The translations under genes were made by a program, and so were the position numbers. A DNA stretch of 37,538 nucleotides from Candidatus Psychracetigena formicireducens (lineage in GTDB: Bacteria > Coprothermobacterota > HKB111). The notes under the pieces are model-generated. The model searched no databases, had not been told where the DNA came from, and saw only the letters and a program-made list of their open reading frames with translations. The stretch spans positions 1 through 37,538 of the forward strand of contig QLTW01000002.1 of assembly GCA_018725125.1 (NCBI GenBank). Reading direction: 5' to 3'. Below are positions 18,103 to 28,559 of this stretch, in pieces; within the stretch, counting starts at the first letter, position 1; each line of letters starts with the position of its first letter.

Positions 18103-18360
18103 TTGGCAAATATTAAATCTGCGATAAAAAGAATTAAAATTACTGAAAAGGAAACTAATATAAATAAAGCCTTAAAAACTCAGGTTAAAACAGCCACTAA
18201 AAAATGTCGCCAGGCTATTGACTCTGCAAACGCTGATTTATCAAAAGAAATGATAAGAATGGCTCAAAAAACTATTGACAAGGCGTGTAAAAAAGGCATA
18301 TTACATAAAAATACAGCTTCCCGTAAGAAAAGTAGTTTGATGAAAAGCCTTAAAGTTTAG
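18103..18360 (+). CDS. rpsT: 30S ribosomal protein S20
   Basis: ANIKSAIKRIKITEKE... is the canonical S20 N-terminus. A TTG start at 18103 with GGAGG 8 nt upstream is preferred over the track start at 18088. E. coli rpsT also uses UUG. Confidence 0.93.
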   Translation: MANIKSAIKRIKITEKETNINKALKTQVKTATKKCRQAIDSANADLSKEMIRMAQKTIDKACKKGILHKNTASRKKSSLMKSLKV

Positions 18361-18379
18361 TATATTTCTTATTAATTAT

Positions 18380-19183
18380 TTAAGATACAGGGGAGGGTTC
18401 AAGAATTTTCCTAATTCTTTCTATAGAAACGCCCTCCCCTGTATAATTTATGACCAGGAGAACTGATTCCCAGATAAGTGGACTTTTCGTTTCCACTTCA
18501 AACCTTTCAGGAACCTGAGTTAAAAATCTTCTTATAATACTCTCTTTTTTCATTCCAATAACCGAATCTAACGATCCAATCATCCCTACATCGCTGATAA
18601 AAAGGGTGCTGTTTGCCAATATTCTTTCGTCAGCAGTTTGCACATGGGTGTGCGACCCTATTACTGCTGATGCTGTTCCGGACAAATAATGGGCAAGAGC
18701 TATTTTTTCTGAAGTTGCTTCAGCGTGAAAGTCTATAATCAGTATGGGAGATTCTTTCTTCATAGCTAGAGCGAATTCTTTACCAATACGAAACGGGCAA
18801 TCTAGGGTAGGCATAAAAACCCTTCCCTGTAGATTTAAAACTCCTATTTTTAATTGCTTCTTTTCCCAGAAGACATAACCCTTTCCCGGTGCTAAAGGGG
18901 GATAATTTTGTGGTCTAATTAAGAAATGCTCAGTATTAAAACAAGAAAGACCTTCTTTCTTATCAAAACCATGGTTACCCGTGGTAACCACATCCACCCC
19001 TGACTCAAATATATCATTTATAGTGTCAGGAGTTAAACCCGTCCCACCGGCGAGGTTTTCTCCGTTGGCAATAACCATATCCACCGAATACTGTTCACGA
19101 AAGAGAGGTAAATATCTTTTTACAGCACTTCTTCCAGGTAAACCGATTATGTCCCCTAAAAATAATACCCTTATTAAACTCAT
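18380..19183 (-). CDS. ymdB: YmdB-family metallophosphoesterase (TIGR00282, 2',3'-cyclic-nucleotide phosphodiesterase)
   Basis: IRVLFLGDIIGLPGR, GNHGFD and GSHTHVQTAD metallophosphoesterase motifs. Conserved position immediately downstream of rny. Confidence 0.9.
   Translation of the reverse strand: MSLIRVLFLGDIIGLPGRSAVKRYLPLFREQYSVDMVIANGENLAGGTGLTPDTINDIFESGVDVVTTGNHGFDKKEGLSCFNTEHFLIRPQNYPPLAPGKGYVFWEKKQLKIGVLNLQGRVFMPTLDCPFRIGKEFALAMKKESPILIIDFHAEATSEKIALAHYLSGTASAVIGSHTHVQTADERILANSTLFISDVGMIGSLDSVIGMKKESIIRRFLTQVPERFEVETKSPLIWESVLLVINYTGEGVSIERIRKILEPSPVS
18385..18444. terminator. 13-bp perfect-stem hairpin embedded in the last 19 codons of ymdB; candidate bidirectional terminator or 3' stabiliser for convergent rpsT/ymdB
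   Basis: ATACAGGGGAGGG (18385-18397) pairs with CCCTCCCCTGTAT (18432-18444). The loop contains a nested AAGAATT/AATTCTT hairpin (18401-18419). Only 19 nt separate the rpsT and ymdB stop codons. Confidence 0.4.
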
Positions 19184-19186
19184 CTT

Positions 19187-20713
19187 TTACTTAGCGTAGT
19201 CAACCACCCGAGTTTCTCTTATAACTGTAACTTTTATAAGACCTGGATAGGCTACTTCTTTTTCAATTCTTTGAGCAATATCATGCGCTACTTTAGCTGC
19301 TTGATTATCGGTAATTTTGTCAGGTTTAACAATTACTCTCACCTCTCTACCAGCCTGAACAGCAAAAGCTTTTTCCACGCCCTGGATTGAATCAGCTATT
19401 TTTTCTAAAGACTCCAGTCTTTTTAGATAAACTTCCAGGTTTTCCCTCCTGGCGCCAGGCCTACTCGCAGAAATAGAGTCGGAAACCTGAACAATAACGG
19501 GGTAAAGAGTCCTCATTTCTTCATCTTCATGATGAGCAGCTACCGCATGAATTACCTCAGAGTTTTCCCCATACCTTTCCAATAATTTAGCACCCAATAA
19601 AGCATGGGTGCCTTCCTCTTCATGGTCAATGGCTTTACCTATATCATGCAGAAGTCCTGCTCTTCTGGCAATATTTACATCTAATTTCAATTCTGTAGAC
19701 AGAGCTGCTGAAAGCTGGGCAACCTCAATAGAGTGTTGTAGGACATTCTGTCCATAACTTGTTCTAAAAAATAGTCTACCTAATGTTTTTACTACCTCAG
19801 GCTTTATTCCCCGAGTACCGGTCTGTAGAACAGCTTTTTCGCCCTCCACCTTAATTTTCTCGTCAACTTCCTTTTTTGCTTTTTCAATCATTTCTTCAAT
19901 TCTACCCGGGTGGATTCTTCCATCACTTATCAGTCTTTCCAGAGAAATACGGGCTATCTCTCTTCTTATTGGGTCAAAAGAAGATAGTACCACAGCTTCA
20001 GGTGTGTCATCAACAATCAAATCAACTCCCGTGAGAGTTTCAAATGCCCTTATGTTCCTTCCTTCCCTTCCAATAAGTCTGCCTTTAATTTCATCGTTAG
20101 GTAAAGAAACCGTAGTTACCGTAATTTCAGCAGTGTGGTCAAGAGCGCATCTCTGGATAGCTGTAGCCAGAATATGTTGAGCTTTAGTTTTTGATTCCTC
20201 TTCAATAATTTTAGTGGCTTCCTTAACCTTTATTCCAATTTCTTCAGTAAGATCATGCTCAATTTTAGTTAACAGTAGAGATTTAGCTTCGCTCTCTGAA
20301 AGGTTGCTCAGTTTATATAAAACAGCCTTTTCTTTTTCTAAAGAGTCTTTTAAATCTCTTTCCAGGCGGTTTAAATATGTTTCTCTATCATGAATTGATC
20401 TTTCTTTTCTTTCAATGTTTTCAATTCTTTTATCAACTGTCTCTTCTTTCTGGATAACTCTTCGCTCCAACTTTGAAAGTTCATTTTTCTTTTCTTTAAT
20501 TTCTGTTTCTATTTCATTCTTCTTCCTGTGAATTTCTTCCTTGGCTTCTAAAAGCATCTCCCTTTTCTTTTCCAGAGCTTCCTTGTAATAGGCTTCTAAA
20601 AATAAACGCTTCTTCTCTTCTTCTTTTTTACGGTAAATAACCAATAATAAATAGGTTACCACCGCAAAAAAGGCAACTCCTCCTATAAAGCTGTAAATAA
20701 TCGTTTCCATCAT
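19187..20713 (-). CDS. rny: Ribonuclease Y
   Basis: N-terminal TM, K/E-rich coiled coil, KH domain (IGREGRNIRAFETLTGVDLIVDD) and HD domain (LLHDIGKA). 508 aa. Confidence 0.96.
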   Translation of the reverse strand: MMETIIYSFIGGVAFFAVVTYLLLVIYRKKEEEKKRLFLEAYYKEALEKKREMLLEAKEEIHRKKNEIETEIKEKKNELSKLERRVIQKEETVDKRIENIERKERSIHDRETYLNRLERDLKDSLEKEKAVLYKLSNLSESEAKSLLLTKIEHDLTEEIGIKVKEATKIIEEESKTKAQHILATAIQRCALDHTAEITVTTVSLPNDEIKGRLIGREGRNIRAFETLTGVDLIVDDTPEAVVLSSFDPIRREIARISLERLISDGRIHPGRIEEMIEKAKKEVDEKIKVEGEKAVLQTGTRGIKPEVVKTLGRLFFRTSYGQNVLQHSIEVAQLSAALSTELKLDVNIARRAGLLHDIGKAIDHEEEGTHALLGAKLLERYGENSEVIHAVAAHHEDEEMRTLYPVIVQVSDSISASRPGARRENLEVYLKRLESLEKIADSIQGVEKAFAVQAGREVRVIVKPDKITDNQAAKVAHDIAQRIEKEVAYPGLIKVTVIRETRVVDYAK

Positions 20714-21192
20714 ATATCACCTTTTTCTTTTTCAAATTCTTTAATCAAGCCAAGGATAATTCCTTGAGAAAACCCTTTTCTTATTAGAAATGAATAAATT
20801 TTCTGTTTTTGTTTGGCTTGATCTATATTGCTTTTTGTTATCTTTCTAGATATTTTTTTAAATACCTCATTAGCCAGCAAAGCCTCTTCTTCTTCAGTAT
20901 AAAGAGACTCGGCTAGTTCTAATGATTCACTATCATACTCTTCTCTTTTTAAATTGTATAAAAACGCTTTTCTACCATAATTGCAGTTTGCCTTCAGCTT
21001 TTCCCAGGCTCTGATAATTTGCTTCTTTTCATCTAAATAACCTTTTTGTACAAGTTCGTTAATCACCTTCTCTGCCAGGGAAGGTTCAAAACCTTTACTG
21101 ATCAGCTTTCTCATAAGCAATTTATTTGGATAATCCTTAAAACCGATGAGACGAAGAGCTTGCTTTATCCCTTCTTCGTAGGTAATAGACAT
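20710..21192 (-). CDS. recX: Recombination regulator RecX
   Basis: 160-aa helical-repeat protein with RecX-like repeats (KLISKGFEPSLAEKVINELVQKGYLDE, FLIRKGFSQGII), immediately downstream of recA. Confidence 0.85.
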   Translation of the reverse strand: MSITYEEGIKQALRLIGFKDYPNKLLMRKLISKGFEPSLAEKVINELVQKGYLDEKKQIIRAWEKLKANCNYGRKAFLYNLKREEYDSESLELAESLYTEEEEALLANEVFKKISRKITKSNIDQAKQKQKIYSFLIRKGFSQGIILGLIKEFEKEKGDI

Positions 21193-21205
21193 TATATTTA
21201 TTAGG

Positions 21206-22249
21206 TTATATTTCTACTGTACTTTCTTTATTTTTAGCCGTTACAGTTTTACTTTTAAGGTTAAAAAAAGTATCTTTAATTATTTTTTCCAATTCAGCAA
21301 AAGCTTCGGGATGCTCTTCCAGATAAAGCTTAGCATTCTCTTTACCCTGTCCTAACCTTAAATCTCCCCAATAGAACCAGCTTCCACTCTTGGAAACAAC
21401 TCCAGCCTGCACTCCCAGGTCAATAAGAGAAGCTGTTTTAGATACACCTTTACCATAAATAAGTTCAAACTCGGCTTGCTTGAATGGTGGAGATAGTTTA
21501 TTCTTAACTATCCTTACTTTAACAACTGACCCAATGGTGTCAGTTCCCTGTTTAACTACATCAATCTTTCTGATATCAACCCGTTGAGAAGCATAAAACT
21601 TTAAAGCCCTTCCGCCAGGAGTGGTTTCATGTGGTCCTGCTTGAAAACCTGTGGAAATCTTCTCTCTCAGTTGGTTAAGAAAAACTACACAAGTTCGGGA
21701 TTTATTAATAGACCCTACTAACCTTCGCAAGGATTGAGACATTAAACGAGCTTGTAAACCCATGAAGGAATCGCCAAAATCTCCCTCTAACTCCGCTTTA
21801 GGAACCAGGGCGGCTACCGTATCAATTACTACTAAATCAACGGCCTGGCTTCTTACCAGAATCTCAGCTATCTCCAGTGCTTGCTCTCCATAGTCTGGTT
21901 GGGATATCAGTAGGTTCTTGGCATCGACCCCCAGTGCTTGGGCATAGGAAAGGTCAAGAGCATGTTCGGTGTCAATAAAAGCAACTGTCCCTCCCAACTT
22001 CTGCGTTTCACTGACAGCATGCAGGGCGACAGTAGTTTTTCCCGACCCTTCAGGGCCAAAAATCTCAATAATTCTCCCACGGGGAAATCCACCAATTCCC
22101 AGGGCTATATCCAGAGGTAAGATTCCCGAAGGAATTACCTCCACATTAGCAACATCGGCTGAGCCCAACTTCATAATTGAACCTTTACCATGTGTTTTTT
22201 CAATCATTGCAAAAGCTTGTTCTAAAGCTTTTTCCTTATCTACAGACAT
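21206..22249 (-). CDS. recA: Recombinase RecA
   Basis: [20 protein letters not shown] Walker [13 protein letters not shown], and L2 loop FLNQLREKI. 347 aa. Confidence 0.98.
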   Translation of the reverse strand: MSVDKEKALEQAFAMIEKTHGKGSIMKLGSADVANVEVIPSGILPLDIALGIGGFPRGRIIEIFGPEGSGKTTVALHAVSETQKLGGTVAFIDTEHALDLSYAQALGVDAKNLLISQPDYGEQALEIAEILVRSQAVDLVVIDTVAALVPKAELEGDFGDSFMGLQARLMSQSLRRLVGSINKSRTCVVFLNQLREKISTGFQAGPHETTPGGRALKFYASQRVDIRKIDVVKQGTDTIGSVVKVRIVKNKLSPPFKQAEFELIYGKGVSKTASLIDLGVQAGVVSKSGSWFYWGDLRLGQGKENAKLYLEEHPEAFAELEKIIKDTFFNLKSKTVTAKNKESTVEI

Positions 22250-22269
22250 ATTTACTTCCCTACCTTTTT

Positions 22270-22815
22270 TTACAAATTTGTGAGAGGATATTCTCTTAAA
22301 ACAGTATACACTGCACCGGCAGGATTTAATACAGTTTGGTAAAGATTTACCTGCTTTATTTCCAATAACTCATTTAAAGGTTCAATTGAGGGCATTTTGG
22401 AGTTTGTATATTTTCTGGCTAACCTTCCCAAAGTTAGGTGGGAAACAAAAGACTTATCGTCAAAATCAACTTTTTGTTCCCTCAAAGCACCAGAAATATC
22501 CTGATAAATATTTTTTAGGTACCCCTTGTCCTCCAGATTGAAAAAAATTACCCGAGGTTTCCTATTATCAGGAAAGGCGCCAGCATTAGTTATTCTAATT
22601 ATAATGGAGGTAAATTGAGAGATTTTTTTCTGCATAATTCTGTGAATTAATTCTACTTCCTCAATTTTTCTTTCGCCAAAAAAATGCAAAGTAATATGCG
22701 TGTTTTGCGGTAAAACCCAGCGATATTCGGTATTGTTAACAGATAACTCTTGCAATACAGAATTAAGCTTGCCATAACACTGCCCGGTTATAGGAATGCC
22801 TGAAAATATTCTCAA
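22270..22815 (-). CDS. thpR: RNA 2',3'-cyclic phosphodiesterase (2H phosphoesterase, LigT/ThpR)
   Basis: Two HxT/S motifs, HITLHFFG and HLTLGRL, in a 181-aa protein. Confidence 0.85.
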   Translation of the reverse strand: MRIFSGIPITGQCYGKLNSVLQELSVNNTEYRWVLPQNTHITLHFFGERKIEEVELIHRIMQKKISQFTSIIIRITNAGAFPDNRKPRVIFFNLEDKGYLKNIYQDISGALREQKVDFDDKSFVSHLTLGRLARKYTNSKMPSIEPLNELLEIKQVNLYQTVLNPAGAVYTVLREYPLTNL

Positions 22816-24116
22816 ATTAGTTTACCCCTCAGGTCAACAGTTTCATACCCGATTATTTTCACTTTTACGAAGTCGCCTACAGTTAGTTTTCTTCTTTTAT
22901 TATGGATATAAACCAGCGAATCAATTTCCGGGGCATCATACTGTAATCTTCCATAAACCAAACCCTGATTAGTTTCAACCAGTAGTTCTCTAATACTCCC
23001 AACCAGACTTTTATTGTATTCTTCTAATATTGTAGCTTGCAGTTCCCGAGATTCTCTTAACCTACGAGAAATCGTCCGGGAGGATAACCTTCCCTTAAAA
23101 GCAAAAGCAGGGGTATTTTCTTCTGGGTAATATGGAAAAAAACCTGCTTTGGGTATGCGTAAATCAGAAAGTGAATGAAGAAGATGGTTAAAATGATTTC
23201 TACTTTCTCCGGGAAAACCAATAATAAAAGAGCTTCTTATGGCTACTTCCGGGATAACTTTCTTTATTTTCTCCAATAAATTAACTATAAACTTGTACCG
23301 ATATGGTCTTCCCATAAGTTTTAATATATCATCATGGGTGTGTTGAAGAGGCAAATCAATATATTTAACTACTTTTTCTAAACCTGCCAGGGTGTCTATC
23401 AGCTCATTGTTAACTCGCATCGGGTTTAAATACATCAAACGAATCCAGAAGTTACCTGGAAGTTTATTGAGTTTTTTAAGTAAACACGCCAGAGAGTATT
23501 TACCGACAAGGTCTCTTCCATAAAATCCGGAATCCTGGGAAACCAGCACCAACTCTCTGATACCTTGAGCCAATAGATTTTCGGCCTCAGTAACGATGTC
23601 CTCCAGGGGTCGGCTCCTGAATTGACCTTTAATACTGGGTATAGTGCAGTAGGAGCATTTAATATCGCATCCCTCAGACAATTTAACATAAGCATAGGGA
23701 AAGGTTGAGATTGTATGTCTATCATCGCTGACAGACAGTAAGCCAGGAGGTCCTAATATCGTTTCCCGCTTATTCTCCTTAAGAAACTCAGCTACTTGAG
23801 GTAGTAGGGATGAACTTACTGCCATATCTATGCCTTCATAATTATGCCAGCTTCTATCTGTAAACCTATCTACCAGACAGCCAGCCAGGATAAGCTTGAA
23901 ACCATATTTTTCCTTTATTTTTGATAATCTGTGAATTTCATCCAGCGATTCTTCTACTGCAGGCTTGATGAAGGAACAGGTATTAATAACCACTGTATCA
24001 GCTTTATCTGGTAACAATACTATTTCATCTCCATTCTTTACCAGGTGTGAAGCTAATATTTCAGAATCAACCCTGTTTTTAGGGCAGCCGAGCGAAACCA
24101 GGTAATATTTCATCAA
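22812..24116 (-). CDS. rimO: Ribosomal protein S12 methylthiotransferase RimO (radical SAM MTTase)
   Basis: N-terminus YYLVSLGCPKNRVDSE (RimO-type), radical SAM CSYCTIP, C-terminal TRAM domain. Confidence 0.88.
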   Translation of the reverse strand: MMKYYLVSLGCPKNRVDSEILASHLVKNGDEIVLLPDKADTVVINTCSFIKPAVEESLDEIHRLSKIKEKYGFKLILAGCLVDRFTDRSWHNYEGIDMAVSSSLLPQVAEFLKENKRETILGPPGLLSVSDDRHTISTFPYAYVKLSEGCDIKCSYCTIPSIKGQFRSRPLEDIVTEAENLLAQGIRELVLVSQDSGFYGRDLVGKYSLACLLKKLNKLPGNFWIRLMYLNPMRVNNELIDTLAGLEKVVKYIDLPLQHTHDDILKLMGRPYRYKFIVNLLEKIKKVIPEVAIRSSFIIGFPGESRNHFNHLLHSLSDLRIPKAGFFPYYPEENTPAFAFKGRLSSRTISRRLRESRELQATILEEYNKSLVGSIRELLVETNQGLVYGRLQYDAPEIDSLVYIHNKRRKLTVGDFVKVKIIGYETVDLRGKLI

Positions 24117-24826
24117 TCAGGAGGATAAAAGACAAGATCTCTTATTACTTCACCATCTTTGCCGATAGCCGGTTGCTCTACACCATTAACGATTAATTTT
24201 ATAGCTCCTGCATTACCAATCCAGAGGCGGACCTCTTTTTCTCCCTTAAACTCCATTTCCTCACCCGCATAAAGTGTTCCTCTGAAAACAGGGGTTTCTA
24301 TCTCATCAATATTTACTTGAATCCAACACCTATCTTTGACAACCACCAGTTTAACTGTAACTTCTTTTACTATAGGTGGTATGGGAAGGTTTTCTATCGG
24401 TTTACCCTCAACAGGTTGTTCTTCAACTTGAGGTGGTTGATTACCATTTATCGGTTTAAGGTTGGGTTCATCATTCCACAACATAATTACTGAAATCAGC
24501 ACAATAAAGACCGCAGGAACTAAAATAAAAATCATATTTATTTTAACTTTTTCTTTACTTTTTTCTTCGGGATATAGTTTTTCGGGTATGGTAATTTGTT
24601 GTTCATCTTCGCTTTCTATACCTAAATAGCGAGCATAAGTTGAAAAAAACAGTTGGTAAATAAATAAATCGCCAAAAAAACTTACATCCCCGGTTTCGAT
24701 AGCCTCTAACTTTTCCTGCGAAATCTTTAAGTCGCTGGTAACCTGTTCAAGCTCACGATTTAGGGATATTCTTCGTTCTCTTAGTTTGTGCCCTGCTTCC
24801 TGGTAGTTCATAATTTTTTTCACCAT
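24113..24826 (-). CDS. rodZ: RodZ-like protein (HTH, single TM, C-terminal DUF4115)
   Basis: N-terminal HTH AGHKLRERRISLNRELEQVTSDLKISQEKLEAIETGD, TM MIFILVPAVFIVLISVIML, and a C-terminal beta domain with WIQV...GNAGAIKLIVNG. The alternative start at M6 (24811) has a GGTGA RBS. Either start overlaps the rnj 3' end. Confidence 0.75.
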   Translation of the reverse strand: MVKKIMNYQEAGHKLRERRISLNRELEQVTSDLKISQEKLEAIETGDVSFFGDLFIYQLFFSTYARYLGIESEDEQQITIPEKLYPEEKSKEKVKINMIFILVPAVFIVLISVIMLWNDEPNLKPINGNQPPQVEEQPVEGKPIENLPIPPIVKEVTVKLVVVKDRCWIQVNIDEIETPVFRGTLYAGEEMEFKGEKEVRLWIGNAGAIKLIVNGVEQPAIGKDGEVIRDLVFYPPD

Positions 24827-26438
24827 TAAATAATAACACTACCACATAGGGTTTTCTCATTAATTTATCAAAAAAGAACTGTGAAATCTTTTTTTCCCAT
24901 TCTCTCTTGCTGGGCATTCCTGTGGTAACCAACTTTTTTATATATATTTTTAATTCAGCAAATAATTCTTCAGAACCTCTTTCGTATAACAAACCTATAG
25001 CCTTAACCTCGGGGTCTTTAATCAGCTCCTTTCCGCTATCGGAAAGATGAATCCCTACTACTACCACGCCTTCCCTAGAGAGTATGGATCTTTCGTAGAG
25101 AACTACTTCCTTTAAATCTCCTACTCCCAATCCATCAACATAAATATTATCCAGAGGTAAGTTCGCCGCTATCCTAATTTTCCCATCTATAATTTCTAAC
25201 TTATCTCCGTTTTGTAATAACATAATTCTTTTAGGGTGAATTAACATTTCCGCTGCTAAACGAGCATGAGAAATGAGATGCCTTTCTTCTCCATGCACCG
25301 GCATAAAATACTTTGGCTTAACCAGGCTAAGGAGAAGCTTTAACTCCTCCTGCTTGGCATGTCCAGAAGTATGGACACCTAAAGCTTCTGAATGAAACAG
25401 CTCCACACCCTGCCACATCAGGCTATTTATTATGCTATTTACCGACCTTTCATTGCCTGGTATAGGGTCAGCTGAGATAATTACATAATCACCTTTCACT
25501 AATTGTAGCTTTTTATACTCCTTGTTAGCCATTCTTCTTAGTACTGACATTGGTTCGCCCTGACTTCCAGTTGTCAAAACAACCATTTTACTGCGGGGGT
25601 GTCGCGAAATATCATCCATATTGATAAAAACATCATATACATCTTCCAAATAACCTAATTTGCGTGCAGTCTCAATGGTTTTTAACATAGCTTTGCCATC
25701 AACAGCAACTTTTCTCCCATTTTTACGAGCATACTCAGCTACTTGACTAAGCCGGTGTACATTAGAAGCAAAAGTGGTAACTACGATTAATCCTTTACAG
25801 GTAGAGAAAATAGCATCCAGGTTTTTTCCCACCATTTTTTCACTCTTTACCTGGCCGGGTTCGTCAGCATTAGTACTATCAGACATAAATAAATTAACCC
25901 CTCTCTTACCCCATTCAGTAAAGCGAGCCAGGTCAGTGTATTGCCCATCAACAGGGGTACTGTCAATTTTGAAATCGCCCGAATGGACTATCAATCCCTG
26001 AGAAGTGTTTAAAGCATAGCCTATACCATCAGGTATGCTATGGCTGAGCCGAGCAAACTCAAATTGAAATGGTCCTATCTTGAGATTTTCTTCAGGTTTA
26101 AGGCAAACCAGGTCTGCCTCAATACCCTGCTCCTTTAATCTATGCTCTGCTAAACCAAGTGTTAAAGGTGTACCATAAATAGGAGCTTTTACCTCTCGTA
26201 AAAGATAGGCCAGTGCACCTACATGGTCTTCATGACCATGGGTTAAAATTACAGCTAACACTTTTTTGTTTTTAAGATAAGAAAAGTCGGGGATTAAAAA
26301 ATCTACCCCCCAATCGCCTTCACCTGGAAATTTTAACCCGGCATCCACCACTACTATCTGGTTTTCATATTCCCAGATAGTGGAGTTTTTACCTATTTCC
26401 CCCAAACCCCCCAGGGGTATCATCAAAAGTTTTTTCAT
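24753..26438 (-). CDS. rnj: Ribonuclease J
   Basis: Metallo-beta-lactamase/beta-CASP: IPLGGLGEIGKN and THGHEDHVGA. 561 aa, with a ~24-aa C-terminal extension. Confidence 0.95.
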   Translation of the reverse strand: MKKLLMIPLGGLGEIGKNSTIWEYENQIVVVDAGLKFPGEGDWGVDFLIPDFSYLKNKKVLAVILTHGHEDHVGALAYLLREVKAPIYGTPLTLGLAEHRLKEQGIEADLVCLKPEENLKIGPFQFEFARLSHSIPDGIGYALNTSQGLIVHSGDFKIDSTPVDGQYTDLARFTEWGKRGVNLFMSDSTNADEPGQVKSEKMVGKNLDAIFSTCKGLIVVTTFASNVHRLSQVAEYARKNGRKVAVDGKAMLKTIETARKLGYLEDVYDVFINMDDISRHPRSKMVVLTTGSQGEPMSVLRRMANKEYKKLQLVKGDYVIISADPIPGNERSVNSIINSLMWQGVELFHSEALGVHTSGHAKQEELKLLLSLVKPKYFMPVHGEERHLISHARLAAEMLIHPKRIMLLQNGDKLEIIDGKIRIAANLPLDNIYVDGLGVGDLKEVVLYERSILSREGVVVVGIHLSDSGKELIKDPEVKAIGLLYERGSEELFAELKIYIKKLVTTGMPSKREWEKKISQFFFDKLMRKPYVVVLLFNGEKNYELPGSRAQTKRTKNIPKS

Positions 26439-26468
26439 TTATTGGTATTGTTTAAAAAACAAAATTTC

Positions 26469-28559
26469 TTAATCTTCAGTTGAACCTTTCTGAGTAAGAT
26501 TTATCCTTCCTAAATGGTCTATTTCTTTTACCACAACCATAACCTGGTCATTTATATTTAAGGAAACCTGGCCTCTTGACTTATAAGTATTAATAATCTG
26601 AGAGTTATGTAACAAACCTTCTTTAGAAGGAGCAATTTCAACGAAAACACCGAAAGGCACTATTCGGGTAACCCTACCTTCATAAGTTTCTCCAACTTTT
26701 ACACCTTTTAAAATAGCATCAATGTATTTTTGAGCTTTTTGTAAGGCTTCTTTACTTGGAGCAGTAATATAGCCTTTACCAACTGAGTCTTTAATATCAA
26801 TTTGAGCCCCAGTGTCCTGGCTTATCTTGCGAATCACTCTACCACCCGGGCCTATTAATTCACCAATTTTACCGGCTTCTATTTCAAAAGAGGTGATATG
26901 AGGCGCATAAAGCGAAAGGTCGGTCCTGGATGAGGATATATTGTTCTCCATACAGTCAAGTATAAAATTACGGCTCTTACGTGCTTCCTCAAAAGCTTCT
27001 TTTAAAAGGTTAACCTCAATACCAACAGTTTTATTATCCAACTGGATAGCAGTTACCCCAGTTCGGGTTCCTGCTACTTTAAAATCCATATCTCCCAAAG
27101 CATCTTCTATTCCCTGTATATCTACCAGTAGAGCATATTCTGGTCCTTCTTTTATTAAACCAATAGAGATACCTGCAACAGGAGATACTATGGGAACACC
27201 AGCATCCATTAAGGCCAGGCTACTACCACATACCGAAGCCATAGAGGTGGAACCGTTTGATTCTAAAACCTCGGATACTGTTCTAATAGTATAGGGAAAG
27301 GTTTCTTCTTCAGGTAAAATAGGAACAATGGCTCTTTCAGCCAGTGACCCATGGCCTATCTCTCTTCTTCCAGGACCTCTCATAGGCCTGGCTTCACCAA
27401 CTGAGTAAGGTGGAAAGTTATAGTGATGCATATACCTTTTATACTCATCCATTCCTAATCCATCAATATGTTGAACATCTTGAAATGCTCCCAGAGTTAC
27501 AGTTGTAAGCACCTGAGTTTGACCCCGGCTGAATACAGCTGAACCGTGAACTCTCGGCAAAACACCTGTGGTTACGCCAATCTCTCTTACTTCGTCAGGT
27601 TTTCTTCCATCAATTCTTATCTTATCATGAATAACCTGATATCTTAAAGCAGACTTAAAATATTTAAAAACAATAGATCGAATTAATGCCTCTTTTCCTG
27701 AACAATCCTCTTTAAAATATTCTACCCCTTCTTCAAGGAGTAAATACATGGCATCTTCTCGCTGAAGCTTATCACCAGTCTGAAAGTCTCCCCTGCTAAA
27801 TCTTTCTTCTACAAATCTTTTCACTTTATCAACCAGTTCTTTATCATATTCAACTGTCTTCAAAATATCTTTTTGAGGGTTTACTTCCTTAACCAGTTCT
27901 GTAATCAAGTTAATAATAGGTTCTATTGCCTCCCTGGCAATTATCACCGCTTCTAATATTTGTTCTTCGGGAATTTCCTTGGCGTTAGCTTCTATCATCA
28001 CTACATTATCCTTGGTAGCTGTAACTACCAGGTCTAGTGAACTCATATCTAATTCTTGAGCTATTGGGTTAACTACAAATTCACCGTTAATTTTACCGAT
28101 TCGGACTGCTCCCAGGGGGATAGAGAAAGGTATATTTGAAAGGCACAAAGTTGCTGAAGCCCCGATTATTCCCAGAATATCAGGAAGATTTTCCTGGTCA
28201 ACTGAAAGAACAGTTGCTACAACTAGAACTTCCTTTTTATATTCTGCAGGAAATAGCGACCTTATGGACCTATCTATTAACCTGGATTTAAGTATTTCCT
28301 CTTCAGTTGGCCTCCCTTCTCTTCTAAAGTAACCACCGGGTATTTTCCCAGCAGCATACATTCGTTCACTGTACTCAACAGTTAGAGGAAGAAAGTCCAG
28401 GTCTTCTTTATCTTTTTTATCTGCAGTGACAGCAACCAGAACCACAGTGTCGCCATAGCGAACTAACACCGACCCACCAGCCTGTTTTGCCCAATCACCT
28501 GTACTTAATTCAAGAATCCTACCAAAATACTCTATAGTTTTTCTTATTTTATTCATCAC
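26469..28559 (-). CDS. pnp: Polyribonucleotide nucleotidyltransferase (PNPase)
   Basis: Two RNase PH domains, KH ([11 protein letters not shown]) and S1 ([15 protein letters not shown]) domains. 696 aa. Confidence 0.98.
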   Translation of the reverse strand: MMNKIRKTIEYFGRILELSTGDWAKQAGGSVLVRYGDTVVLVAVTADKKDKEDLDFLPLTVEYSERMYAAGKIPGGYFRREGRPTEEEILKSRLIDRSIRSLFPAEYKKEVLVVATVLSVDQENLPDILGIIGASATLCLSNIPFSIPLGAVRIGKINGEFVVNPIAQELDMSSLDLVVTATKDNVVMIEANAKEIPEEQILEAVIIAREAIEPIINLITELVKEVNPQKDILKTVEYDKELVDKVKRFVEERFSRGDFQTGDKLQREDAMYLLLEEGVEYFKEDCSGKEALIRSIVFKYFKSALRYQVIHDKIRIDGRKPDEVREIGVTTGVLPRVHGSAVFSRGQTQVLTTVTLGAFQDVQHIDGLGMDEYKRYMHHYNFPPYSVGEARPMRGPGRREIGHGSLAERAIVPILPEEETFPYTIRTVSEVLESNGSTSMASVCGSSLALMDAGVPIVSPVAGISIGLIKEGPEYALLVDIQGIEDALGDMDFKVAGTRTGVTAIQLDNKTVGIEVNLLKEAFEEARKSRNFILDCMENNISSSRTDLSLYAPHITSFEIEAGKIGELIGPGGRVIRKISQDTGAQIDIKDSVGKGYITAPSKEALQKAQKYIDAILKGVKVGETYEGRVTRIVPFGVFVEIAPSKEGLLHNSQIINTYKSRGQVSLNINDQVMVVVKEIDHLGRINLTQKGSTED

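Noticed and set aside
18391-18420. tRNA-like T-loop string GGGTTCAAGAAT near the ymdB 3' end, and GTGTTCAAATA at about 16853
   Set aside because: No flanking T-stem, acceptor or D-arm complementarity, so no cloverleaf can be drawn. I found no tRNA in any intergenic region of the window.
21969-22283. Antisense or nested ORFs of 60-117 aa inside well-supported genes. Examples: 2374-2580, 4084-4287, 4725-4910, 6953-7291, 7409-7708, 10140-10394, 10360-10542, 11982-12215, 12025-12228, 12277-12513, 14826-15137, 15854-16081, 17304-17582, 17760-17963, 18981-19199, 21907-22095, 21938-22120, 23435-23725, 25774-26001, 26941-27294, 29748-30026, 30324-30521, 31494-31739, 31944-32207, 32244-32444, 32786-32983, 32802-33002, 36512-36697, 36776-36976
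   Set aside because: All lie wholly within genes that have strong family signatures, on the opposite strand or in another frame. They have biased or low-complexity compositions (S/L/P/F-rich) typical of shadow ORFs, and they lack RBSs.
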